From an uncultured Chloroflexia bacterium (lineage in GTDB: Bacteria > Chloroflexota > Ktedonobacteria > Ktedonobacterales > JADMIN01): a DNA stretch of 64,000 bases. The translations under genes were made by a program, and so were the position numbers. The stretch spans positions 218,661 through 282,660 of the forward strand of contig CAWIYP010000012.1 of NCBI GenBank assembly GCA_963840335.1, written 5' to 3'. Within the stretch, counting starts at the first letter, position 1. Every line of letters begins with the position of its first letter. Shown here piece by piece: positions 52,050 through 60,485 of the stretch. The notes beneath the pieces are model-generated. The model did not search any database. It had not been told where the DNA came from and was given only the letters and a program-made list of their open reading frames with translations.

Positions 52050-52095
52050 TCGCGCATGTCTCCGCCGCCGCGAGCGTGAAAGGATCACCGCCCAG

Positions 52096-52461
52096 ATGCC
52101 GAATCCGCGCGAACTGCTCTCACGCCTGATCGCGATACCAGGCGTGCGCGCCGCTGTGCTGGTTGGGCGCGAGGGCCTGCTGATCGAATCCGTCGGGCGC
52201 GCTGACGACCGCACACGCGAAGCGCTGGGCGCGCTGGGAGCCAGCGCGCTGAGTGTCACGGAGTCGCTGGGCGCGGAACTTGGCGCGGGGCCGACCGTCG
52301 CGACCATTCTCGAATATGAGGATGCGCTGGTCTCTGTGGATCCACTGGGCGAGTTCGCGACCGTGGTGACCCTCGCCGAGAACGCCGCCAGCCTGGGCCG
52401 TATTCGCCACACGCTGCAATCTCAGCAGGCCGAGCTTTTGCGCCTGCTCGACCTGCGCTAA
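52096..52461 (+). CDS. Roadblock/LC7 (MglB-like) domain protein
   Basis: ATG 52096. The sequence LLSRLIAIPGVRAAVLVGREGLLIESVG...ILEYEDALVSVDPLGEFATVVTLAENAASLGRIR fits the Roadblock/LC7 pattern. The upstream part of the track ORF overlaps purF. Confidence 0.7.
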   Translation: MPNPRELLSRLIAIPGVRAAVLVGREGLLIESVGRADDRTREALGALGASALSVTESLGAELGAGPTVATILEYEDALVSVDPLGEFATVVTLAENAASLGRIRHTLQSQQAELLRLLDLR

Positions 52462-52489
52462 TCGCGCTTCGAAGAACGTTGGAGGAGAC

Positions 52490-53539
52490 ATGACGCAGCC
52501 TGCCCGCGCCTATGCGGACGCTGGCGTAAACCTGGATGCCGCAGACCAAGCCAAGCGGCAGATGCGCGAAGCAATTCGCTCCACCCACGGGCCACAGGTG
52601 CTCGGAGCGATGGGCGGATTTGGCGGCATCTTCGCGATTGGCGAGCTTGGGCTGCGTGACCCTGTGCTGGTCTCATCTATCGACGGCGTCGGCACCAAGC
52701 TCAAGATCGCCTTCACTCTCAACCGTCACGAGTCCGTCGGCAAAGACCTGGTCGCGCACTGCGTCAACGACATCCTCGTCTGCGGCGCCCGCCCGCTCTT
52801 CTTCCTCGACTACCTCGCCCTCGGCGCGATGGATGGCGATCAGGCGGTGGCGGTCGTGCGCGGAGTGGCGGAGGGCTGCCGCGAAGCTGGCTGCGCGCTC
52901 ATCGGCGGCGAGACCGCCACGATGCCAGGCTTCTATGCTCCTGGAGAATATGACCTCGCGGGCGCGATTGTCGGCGTTGTCGAGCGTGACCGCCTCATTA
53001 GCGGCCAGGCGATCCGCGCGGGTGATGTCGCGGTGGGCTTCCCATCGCTTGGCCTGCATACCAACGGCTACGCCCTCGCGCGTCATGCCCTGGCTAACGA
53101 CGACCTCAGCGCCACTCCGCCAGAGCTGAGCCGTTCCCTCGGTGATGAACTGCTCCAGCCACACCGCTGCTACCTGCAAGATGTCTGGCGGCTGCTAGAG
53201 CAAGGCCTTGTCACCGGCATGGCGCACATCACCGGTGGCGGTCTGGTGGACAACGTGCCACGTGTACTGCCCGATGGCCTCGGCGTGGATTTCGACGCGA
53301 ACACCTGGGAAGTGCTGCCGATCTTCCGTCTCATCCAGCAGCGCGGACAGATTGCCTGGGAAGAGATGCAGCGGGTCTTCAACCTGGGCATCGGTTTCGT
53401 CGCTTTCGTCCATGCGGAAGACGCGGACCGCGCGCTGGCGATGGTCAGCGAAGCGGGCGGGCGCTCAATCGGTGTTGTCCGCGAATGGGACAGTGAGCAG
53501 TCGCAGACGCCGCGTGTACGTGTGGAGGGGCTGGCATGA
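52490..53539 (+). CDS. purM: Phosphoribosylformylglycinamidine cyclo-ligase
   Basis: 349-aa ORF. It contains GGFGGIF, DGVGTKL and HCVNDILVCGARPLFFLDY. Confidence 0.95.
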   Translation: MTQPARAYADAGVNLDAADQAKRQMREAIRSTHGPQVLGAMGGFGGIFAIGELGLRDPVLVSSIDGVGTKLKIAFTLNRHESVGKDLVAHCVNDILVCGARPLFFLDYLALGAMDGDQAVAVVRGVAEGCREAGCALIGGETATMPGFYAPGEYDLAGAIVGVVERDRLISGQAIRAGDVAVGFPSLGLHTNGYALARHALANDDLSATPPELSRSLGDELLQPHRCYLQDVWRLLEQGLVTGMAHITGGGLVDNVPRVLPDGLGVDFDANTWEVLPIFRLIQQRGQIAWEEMQRVFNLGIGFVAFVHAEDADRALAMVSEAGGRSIGVVREWDSEQSQTPRVRVEGLA

Positions 53540-54180
53540 CTTCGCCACAGCCTCAGGCGCCACTCCCCAGCATCGGTGTGCTGGTCTCTGGCCGTGGAAG
53601 CAATCTTCAGGCGATCTTGCGCGCCATCGCGAACGGCGAGCTACGCGCGCGAGTCTCGCTGGTCATCGCCAGCCGCCAAGACGCCCCAGCCCTCACGATT
53701 GCCACCGCGGCTGGCATCCCCACGCGGATCATCGTCCCACGCGAGTATCCCAGCCGCACGGAGGCCGCTGCGGAAATCATCGCGGCGCTGCGTGAGGCGG
53801 GGGCGCGTGTCGTGGCCCTCGCGGGTTACAAGCCGATTCTCGATGCGAGCGTCATCGCCGCCTTCCCCAATGCCATCATCAATGTCCATCCGTCCCTGCT
53901 CCCGGCCTTCGCTGGCGGCATGGCGCCGCGCCCGCAGACGGAGGCGCTGGAGGCCGGGGTGAAGATTTCTGGCTGCACTGTCCACTTCGTCACCGAGGAT
54001 GTGGACGCTGGGCCGATTATCGCGCAGGCCGCCGTCTCAGTGCTGGATGACGATACCGTCGAGACGCTCTCCGCACGCATCCTGGAGCAAGAGCATCGGC
54101 TGCTCCCCCGCGCGCTCGGCCTCGCGCTCTCTGGCCGCCTCATTGTAGACGGACGCCGTGTCATCCAACGCGCAGACTGA
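53536..54180 (+). CDS. purN: Phosphoribosylglycinamide formyltransferase
   Basis: It contains VLVSGRGSNLQAI, INVHPSLLPAF and a 4-nt overlap with purM (ATGA). Confidence 0.9.
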   Translation: MTSPQPQAPLPSIGVLVSGRGSNLQAILRAIANGELRARVSLVIASRQDAPALTIATAAGIPTRIIVPREYPSRTEAAAEIIAALREAGARVVALAGYKPILDASVIAAFPNAIINVHPSLLPAFAGGMAPRPQTEALEAGVKISGCTVHFVTEDVDAGPIIAQAAVSVLDDDTVETLSARILEQEHRLLPRALGLALSGRLIVDGRRVIQRAD

Positions 54181-54290
54181 TTCCGCGCATATCTTCCCAG
54201 CAATGCGCGGGAAACGCGCAACAACACGCCCCAGGTTCCTCCCGCATGCGGAGAAGAGCCTGGGGCGTGGAGTTATGCGACACGAGCGCG

Positions 54291-55354
54291 CTAGGAGTCG
54301 TGCTCCTGCTGCTCGCTCACTTCGGTTACGCGAGGGCGAGTCGTGCGTGGCGAACGCTTTTTCTGCTTGCCACCGTCCTCGTTTTCATCACGGAAGCGGG
54401 GAGTATCGCGACGGACCGCATGATGCCGTTCCCATCCGGTGTTCGTCGCCTCATCACGACCCTGCGGTGCAGGCGCTGAGGAACGGCGCGGTCCTCGATT
54501 ATCGCCAAAGTCACGGCGCGGCGGACGATCACCGAAGTCACGGCGCGGTCCTCGATCACCGCCGAAGTCACGGCGCGGCGGGCGATCACCAAAGTCACGG
54601 CGCGGCCCACGATCACCGCCAAAGTCACGCCGTGGCGGGCGATCACCGAAGTCACGGCGCGGCCCACGATCCTCGCCATAGTCGCGGCGCGGTGGGCGCT
54701 CGTCATAGTCGCGGCGCGGTGGGCGCTCGTCATAGTCGCGGCGCGGTGGGCGCTCGTCATAATCGCGACGCGGCTGGCGGTCGCCGAAGTCGCGCCGCGG
54801 ACCACGATCTTCACCGTAGTCGCGACGTGGCGGGCGATCGCCGAAGTCACGGCGCGGACCACGATCTTCACCGTAGTCGCGACGCGGCGGACGGTCATCA
54901 TAATCGCGGCGCGGGGGACGGTCATCGTAGTCGCGGCGTGGCGGGCGGTTATCATAATCGCGGCGCGGCGGGCGATCGTCAAAGTCACGCCGTGGCGGAC
55001 GATCGCCAAAGTCACGCCGTGGCGGGTGGTCGCCAAAGTCACGTCGTGGCGGCCACGATCGCCGCCAAAGTCACGCCGTGGCGGACGGTCGCCAAAGTCG
55101 CGCTGCTGGCGCTCCTCCGCCTCGTTGACATGAATGGTGCGACCATCCATCATTGTCCCTTCGAGGGACTGAATCGCACGGCGCGCGGCGTCGTCTTCCG
55201 CCATCTGCACGAAGCCAAAACCCTTGCTCTGTCCCGAAGCGCGGTCGCGCACGACACTGGCCTCAGCCACTTCACCATACACACTGAAAAGCTCCGCGAG
55301 TTGCTCATCACTGGCGGAGTAGGGGAGATTCCCCACGTACACACGAATAGCCAC
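54291..55354 (-). CDS. RRM-type RNA-binding protein with a long R/P/D tandem-repeat tail (one frame disruption as sequenced)
   Basis: GTG 55354 lies 5 nt after AAGGAG. The RRM has RNP2 IRVYVGNL and RNP1 KGFGFVQM. The tail [17 protein letters not shown] then leaves the repeat frame near 55047-55052. The repeat frame continues to TAG 54293-54291, whereas the as-sequenced frame stays open to 54326. Confidence 0.8.
54480..55095 (-). repeat. Coding tandem repeat, 27-36-nt units (about 22 units)
   Basis: It includes three perfect 27-mers CATAGTCGCGGCGCGGTGGGCGCTCGT at 54677-54757. On the minus strand the units encode [18 protein letters not shown] and similar. Several reading frames on both strands are stop-free through the array. 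Confidence 0.9.
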
Positions 55355-55711
55355 ACAGGCTCCTTGAACATTCTCGGCGTCGAACTGTCTCCGGCCCATA
55401 CCGGCAAGACATACGCCCTCGCTGACCCGCTTCACGCGAATCTCAAACACAACGCAACACACATCACTCGTTCTGGCGCACACTTCCGCGAACACCTTCA
55501 AGCGACCAAAACAACCATGCTTCCTCGATCATCCCCGGACAGAGACAAACCATCCCAGGAAAGCGTCCGCTCTCAGACACATCACACCATTCGCGACGCC
55601 CTACCACACGCAGCTTGCGCTATCGCTATAATGGAGAGGTTGCGCGCCCATCCGTAGGCAGCGCAGGTAACAGATGCGTACCAGGCGCGCTCGCAACAGA
55701 GGAGTCACACC

Positions 55712-56623
55712 ATGTCTGATTATACCGCATTGGACGATGCGCTTGCGCCTGCGATTGGGTTTATGCACCTGGACGCTCAATACACAGACTACGAGACGGC
55801 GCGCGTGGTCATCACCCCGGTACCTTTCGATGGCACGACTTGCTACCGCCCCGGGACACGGGAAGGCCCGCAAGCTATCATCGCCGCCTCGCGCAACCTG
55901 GAGTATTACGACGCGGAGCTGCGACGCTCGCCTTATACCGTCGGCATCCACACCCTGCGCCCAATCGAGATTATCAACGGCGACGCTGAGGCGATGGTCG
56001 CCCGCACAGAATGGGTGACGGGGCAGTTGCTCGATGCGGGCAAGTTCGTTGTCACGCTTGGCGGCGACCACCTCACCTCCATCGGCGTCATCCGCGCCTT
56101 CGCCCAGCGCCACGCGGGCATGAGTGTCTTGCAGCTAGACGCGCACGCTGATCTACGCGATGAATATGAAGGCGCCACCTGTAGCGCCGCCACGATCATG
56201 CGGCGCACGCTGGAGGTTTGCCCACGCACGGCGCAGGTCGGCATACGTAGCCTGAGCGAGCCTGAGGCGCGCCTGGTCGAGGAGCGCAAGCTGCCGCTCA
56301 TTCTCGCCAGCGAGATTCACGAGCAAACGCTGCGTGGTCGGCGTGAATGGATCAGTGAAGTCGTGAACGCGCTCACTGATGAGGTCTACATCACCTTCGA
56401 CATTGACGCCTTCGACCCCTCGCTCGTGCCGGGAACAGGCACGCCTGAGCCAGGCGGTCTGGGCTGGTATGACGCCATAGACCTGCTCACTGAGGTTGCT
56501 CGACACAAGCGGATCATCGGCTTCGATGTCGTGGAGCTTTCGCCACTACTCGAAGACCACGTCAGTCCCGTCGTCGCCGCGAAACTCGTCTATAAGCTGA
56601 TCGGCCTCGCGCTGCCAGAGTAG
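55712..56623 (+). CDS. speB: Agmatinase (ureohydrolase family)
   Basis: Mn-binding motifs GGDHLTS, LQLDAHADLRD and ITFDIDAFDPSLVPGTGTPEPGGL are present. Confidence 0.85.
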   Translation: MSDYTALDDALAPAIGFMHLDAQYTDYETARVVITPVPFDGTTCYRPGTREGPQAIIAASRNLEYYDAELRRSPYTVGIHTLRPIEIINGDAEAMVARTEWVTGQLLDAGKFVVTLGGDHLTSIGVIRAFAQRHAGMSVLQLDAHADLRDEYEGATCSAATIMRRTLEVCPRTAQVGIRSLSEPEARLVEERKLPLILASEIHEQTLRGRREWISEVVNALTDEVYITFDIDAFDPSLVPGTGTPEPGGLGWYDAIDLLTEVARHKRIIGFDVVELSPLLEDHVSPVVAAKLVYKLIGLALPE

Positions 56624-56745
56624 CGAAATAGAGCGGATGCGCTGGCTCGCGACGCGGAAGTCGGTGAAAGTATGCTAGCATAGGTGATAGCCAGGCTTCG
56701 TCGCTTGCCGCGCAACGACGTGCGCTGTACAGAAAGAAGTCGCTC

Positions 56746-58128
56746 ATGAGCGCCTCGGATACCGACGCACCGCATACCCCAACCACACGCGGAGCAAAAC
56801 ACGCTGCGGATTCAGCAACAAACGGCGCGAGCGCGGATAGCGCCGCCGAGACTCCCGCCACCACGACGTCCGCTCCCCCGTCAAGCGCAGGGGCTCCGCA
56901 GCGTCGACCGACGATTGAGGATATCTGGCAGGCTAGCGATGTCATACACGCGCACATCCACCATACGCCACTCCTGTCCTCGCATACGCTGGGAAGGATG
57001 ACAGACGCCACCGTCTTTCTCAAGGCGGAAAACCTCCAGCGCTCAGGCTCCTACAAGGTGCGCGGCGCCACCTACAAGCTCTCGCGCCTGACCGAGGAGG
57101 AGCGAGCGCATGGTGTCATCGCGGCTTCAGCGGGGAACCACGCGCAAGGCGTCGCCATCGCCGCGTCTGCCCTCGGAATCGCCTGTACCATCGTCATGCC
57201 CGCCACGGCGCCGCTGGCCAAGATCGCCGCGACGGAGGGCTTTGGCGCGGAAGTTATCCTGTATGGGCAAGGATTCGGTGAAGCCTATGCGCGTGCGCGA
57301 GAGATTGAAGCCGAGACAGGCGCGACCTTCATCCATCCCTTCGACGACCCCGACATCATCGCCGGGCAGGGAACCGTTGGACTGGAAATTTTCAGCGACA
57401 TGCCCGATGTTGAGGCGATTGTCGTCTCGATTGGCGGAGGAGGCTTGATCTCTGGAATCGCTACAGCCCTCAAAAAGCTCAATCCCGACGTACGCATCTA
57501 CGGTGTCGAAGCGGCAGGCGCGGCGCCGATGCTGCGCTCGATCGATGCCGGGCGCCTGGTCACACTCGACGAGGCCAGCACTATCGCCGATGGCATCGCG
57601 GTGAAACAATGTGGCGAGTTGACCTATGCTATCACTCGCGACCTGGTGGATGAGGTCGTCACGGTCGAAGAGGATGAAATCATCCGCGCCGTGCTGCTGT
57701 TGATGGAGCGCTGCAAGCTGGTGGTCGAAGGCGCTGGCGCGGCGGGCGTCGCGGCGCTGATCGCCGGGAAGCTGCCCATCAAGGGGAAGCGCACGGCGGT
57801 CGTGCTGAGCGGCGGCAATATTGACATGACGATGGTTGGCCGCATCATCGCGCACGGCCTGAGCATTCAGGGACGCTATCTTTCTCTGCGCGTCCTTGTT
57901 CCCGACCGCCCCGGACAACTGCTGAAGCTGCTCAACGTCGTCGCCGAGCAGGGCGTCAACGTACTCGATGTCTCGCACCACCGCGCTGCGCCACGCGCGC
58001 CCATTCAGCAGGTCGAAGTCTCGCTCGTGCTGGAGACACGCGACCGCGAGCACTGCGACTTCTTGATCGGGCTGTTGCGCGAGCGGGGATTCGCCGTCAA
58101 GGAAGAGAACCACGTCTTCGATCGCTAG
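56746..58128 (+). CDS. ilvA: Threonine ammonia-lyase (threonine dehydratase) with a C-terminal ACT-like domain
   Basis: It has the PLP-Lys motif SGSYKVRGA, the GGGGLISG loop and a C-terminal regulatory domain LRVLVPDRPGQLLKLLNVVAEQGVNV. An N-terminal low-complexity extension of ~50 aa makes the start uncertain. Confidence 0.85.
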   Translation: MSASDTDAPHTPTTRGAKHAADSATNGASADSAAETPATTTSAPPSSAGAPQRRPTIEDIWQASDVIHAHIHHTPLLSSHTLGRMTDATVFLKAENLQRSGSYKVRGATYKLSRLTEEERAHGVIAASAGNHAQGVAIAASALGIACTIVMPATAPLAKIAATEGFGAEVILYGQGFGEAYARAREIEAETGATFIHPFDDPDIIAGQGTVGLEIFSDMPDVEAIVVSIGGGGLISGIATALKKLNPDVRIYGVEAAGAAPMLRSIDAGRLVTLDEASTIADGIAVKQCGELTYAITRDLVDEVVTVEEDEIIRAVLLLMERCKLVVEGAGAAGVAALIAGKLPIKGKRTAVVLSGGNIDMTMVGRIIAHGLSIQGRYLSLRVLVPDRPGQLLKLLNVVAEQGVNVLDVSHHRAAPRAPIQQVEVSLVLETRDREHCDFLIGLLRERGFAVKEENHVFDR

Positions 58129-58156
58129 GCGCTAGCGCTTGTAATTGCCCGCGCGC

Positions 58157-58735
58157 CTAGACGGCGACGCGGGCGGTGGCGTCGAGGGCATGGCGCAGTT
58201 CCCATGCGAAGGCGTCAATGGCGGCGGCGGTAAAGTACCCAGCGGGTGGCTCAATGTCGATGACAGGCTTGATCTGCGCAATCGCGCGGGCATAGCCAGG
58301 GATGCCGCGCGTGGCGGGCGCATCGGTGATAAGGCGCGCGGTCGTCCAGTAGAGCGCCGCGCATCCGCGAATGTCTCCTGAGTTGTAGCGTGGCGCGCCG
58401 ACATTGATGGCGGCGGCGATCAGCGTATGAATATCCTGCAGTGAGCCAAATCCCGTCACCTCAGGTATATCATCAATGCTGAGCAGCCGCCGCCGTATCT
58501 GCTCGAGCGGCGTAGCGTCGAGCGCATCAATCACCAGACGCTGCTGCGTGTCGCAGAGCATCATCACGAGGCGCTCCCACGCGGGTTGGAGATCATCATT
58601 GGCGGCGACCAGACGTATCGCGGCGAATGCCGTCTCATAGACGGGCATCTGGGCCTCTGGCTGGCCACCCCGTCTGAGCGTCCGCGCTCGCTCATCGGCG
58701 TCGCGGATGATCTGCTTAACCATGATGATGCGCAT
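58157..58735 (-). CDS. Hypothetical protein
   Basis: 192-aa ORF with coding-like composition. I recognise no motif. Confidence 0.45.
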   Translation of the reverse strand: MRIIMVKQIIRDADERARTLRRGGQPEAQMPVYETAFAAIRLVAANDDLQPAWERLVMMLCDTQQRLVIDALDATPLEQIRRRLLSIDDIPEVTGFGSLQDIHTLIAAAINVGAPRYNSGDIRGCAALYWTTARLITDAPATRGIPGYARAIAQIKPVIDIEPPAGYFTAAAIDAFAWELRHALDATARVAV

Positions 58736-58891
58736 GATCGCTCCCGTGTTCTGGCAGAAGAAGTATCTACAGGACTGTCACAGCGCGCATCCTGCTTACG
58801 ACTATGAGGCGTCCCACACCTCCTGTCAGGGTATCGTAGCAAGTAGCTGACCTAAATGCGAAGCGATGGGAAAAATAGGGCAAAAACGACC

Positions 58892-58929
58892 AAAAAAACG
58901 CGGTTCCTCAGAATCCTGAGAAACCGCGT
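58892..58929 (-). terminator. Intrinsic terminator after tRNA-Pro
   Basis: Minus-strand CGCGGTTTCTCAG-gattc-CTGAGGAACCGCG is followed by TTTTTTT. Confidence 0.7.
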
Positions 58930-58931
58930 GC

Positions 58932-59007
<76 letters not shown>

Positions 59008-59017
59008 ATGCCCAATC

Positions 59018-59047
59018 ACCATAGCACAGCCAGCGGCGCACAGTCAA
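59018..59047 (-). promoter_or_regulatory. Sigma70-like promoter for tRNA-Pro
   Basis: On the minus strand: TTGACT (59047-59042), 18-nt spacer, TATGGT (59023-59018). It ends 10 nt before the mature tRNA 5' end. Confidence 0.45.
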
Positions 59048-59096
59048 GTTTTGCGCTGCCCGCCTGCCATGTGACCTCTTCCCTCGCAGGCATACA

Positions 59097-60479
59097 ATGA
59101 AAACGCCACTGACGATATCCTCTAAAGTGAGAAAGGCGCCCATCATGGGAGAGCGTGACCTGCGACCCTGGCTTACTCCGACCGAAGCGACCCGCGTGGA
59201 TGACCTGCTGACCGAATTCGCCTCGCTCCCCCCAGAGCAATCCGCTGAGCGCATCACCGCTTATGCGCGCCGCAGTGACGCTGCCTATGATGAAGAGTCC
59301 ATCGTCCTCTACGCGGGCACCAACGTCATGGATCCCAGGGCGCGCGCCATCCAGGCGAGCAGTCTGGGGAGCCGCCCCAGCCTGGGATATCCCGGCGCCA
59401 AGTACGAGACGGGCCTCGAAGATGCGGAGGGCATCGAGGTCGGCTGTCTCGCGCTCGGTCGCCAGGTCTTCGGCGCACCCTACGTCGAGTTTCGCGTTGC
59501 GAGCGGCTCGCTGGCCAACCTCTACGCCTTCATGGCACTGGCCAAGCCCGGCGATACTATCCTTGCGCTGCCCACCAGCGCCGCCGGACACGCCACCCAC
59601 CGCGAGACCGGCGCCGCCGGACTCTACGGCCTGCGCATCGTTGACATTCCCTGGGACGCTGAGCGCATGACGGTGGATATCGAGGGCCTGGCCGAGGTCG
59701 CGCGCCGCGAGCGCCCGCGCATCATCCTGCTGGGGGGCAGCCTCGTCCTCTTTCCGTATCCCGTGCGCGAGGCTCGCGACATCGCCAATGAGGTGGGCGC
59801 GACGCTGATGTACGACGCCGCCCACGTCTCCGCGCTCATCACCACCGCTGGAAGTCCCCACTTCCAGAGTCCGCTCGATGAAGGCGCGCAGGTCGTCACC
59901 TTTTCCACCTACAAGTCGCTGGGTGGCCCCTCCGGCGGGATGCTACTCACCCGCGAGCCGGAGCTGGCTGAGCGCATCGAGCGCATCGCCTATCCCGGCC
60001 TGACCGCCAACTTCGACGATGGGCGTATAGCCGCGCTGGCGATCTCGCTGGCGGGGTTCAGCCGCTTTGGCGCTGGCTACGTCGCGGCGATGCTGGCGAA
60101 TGGGCAGGCGCTCGCGACCGCCCTTGCGGTGGAGGGGCTGCCCGTCGTCGCCGCCGAGCGTGGCTTCACCGCGACCCACCACATCGCCCTCGAAGCGCAG
60201 CGCTTCGGCGGGGGCGATCATGCCGCGCGCACGCTCGCACAGAGCGCCATCCATTCCAGCGGCATCGGCCTCCCCGGCGCGGAGGTTCCCGGCGATTACA
60301 ACGGCCTGCGCTTCGGGACGCAGGAGGTGACACGCTGGGGCATGGGGCCAGACGAGATGCGCGTCATCGCGGGCCTCGTAGCCGACGCGCTCTTCGCCCG
60401 CCGCCCCGCGCAGGTGATCGCCGCTGAAGCGCGCGCACTCAAAGCCGAGTTCCAGCGTCTGCGGTTCGTGCTACCGTAG
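59097..60479 (+). CDS. Serine hydroxymethyltransferase-family PLP enzyme (divergent)
   Basis: SHMT-like blocks are present: LYAGTNVMDPRA, GYPGAKYETG, FRVASGSLANLY and the PLP-Lys block VTFSTYKSLGGPSGGMLL. The start is uncertain (59097 or ATG 59146). Confidence 0.75.
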   Translation: MKTPLTISSKVRKAPIMGERDLRPWLTPTEATRVDDLLTEFASLPPEQSAERITAYARRSDAAYDEESIVLYAGTNVMDPRARAIQASSLGSRPSLGYPGAKYETGLEDAEGIEVGCLALGRQVFGAPYVEFRVASGSLANLYAFMALAKPGDTILALPTSAAGHATHRETGAAGLYGLRIVDIPWDAERMTVDIEGLAEVARRERPRIILLGGSLVLFPYPVREARDIANEVGATLMYDAAHVSALITTAGSPHFQSPLDEGAQVVTFSTYKSLGGPSGGMLLTREPELAERIERIAYPGLTANFDDGRIAALAISLAGFSRFGAGYVAAMLANGQALATALAVEGLPVVAAERGFTATHHIALEAQRFGGGDHAARTLAQSAIHSSGIGLPGAEVPGDYNGLRFGTQEVTRWGMGPDEMRVIAGLVADALFARRPAQVIAAEARALKAEFQRLRFVLP

Positions 60480-60485
60480 CGCTGC

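Noticed and set aside
54480-55095. Tandem repeat array as a possible CRISPR or minisatellite
   Set aside because: Units are contiguous with no spacers. Unit lengths are multiples of 3, and the array encodes a coherent peptide repeat in frame with an upstream RRM domain. It is a coding repeat.
54158-55657. 499-aa plus-strand ORF with [12 protein letters not shown] repeats, and the 80-aa SRRGGRSPK repeat ORF (54439-54681)
   Set aside because: Both are alternative-frame or antisense readings of the RRM tail repeat array. The minus-strand gene has an SD, an RRM domain and a coherent repeat frame.
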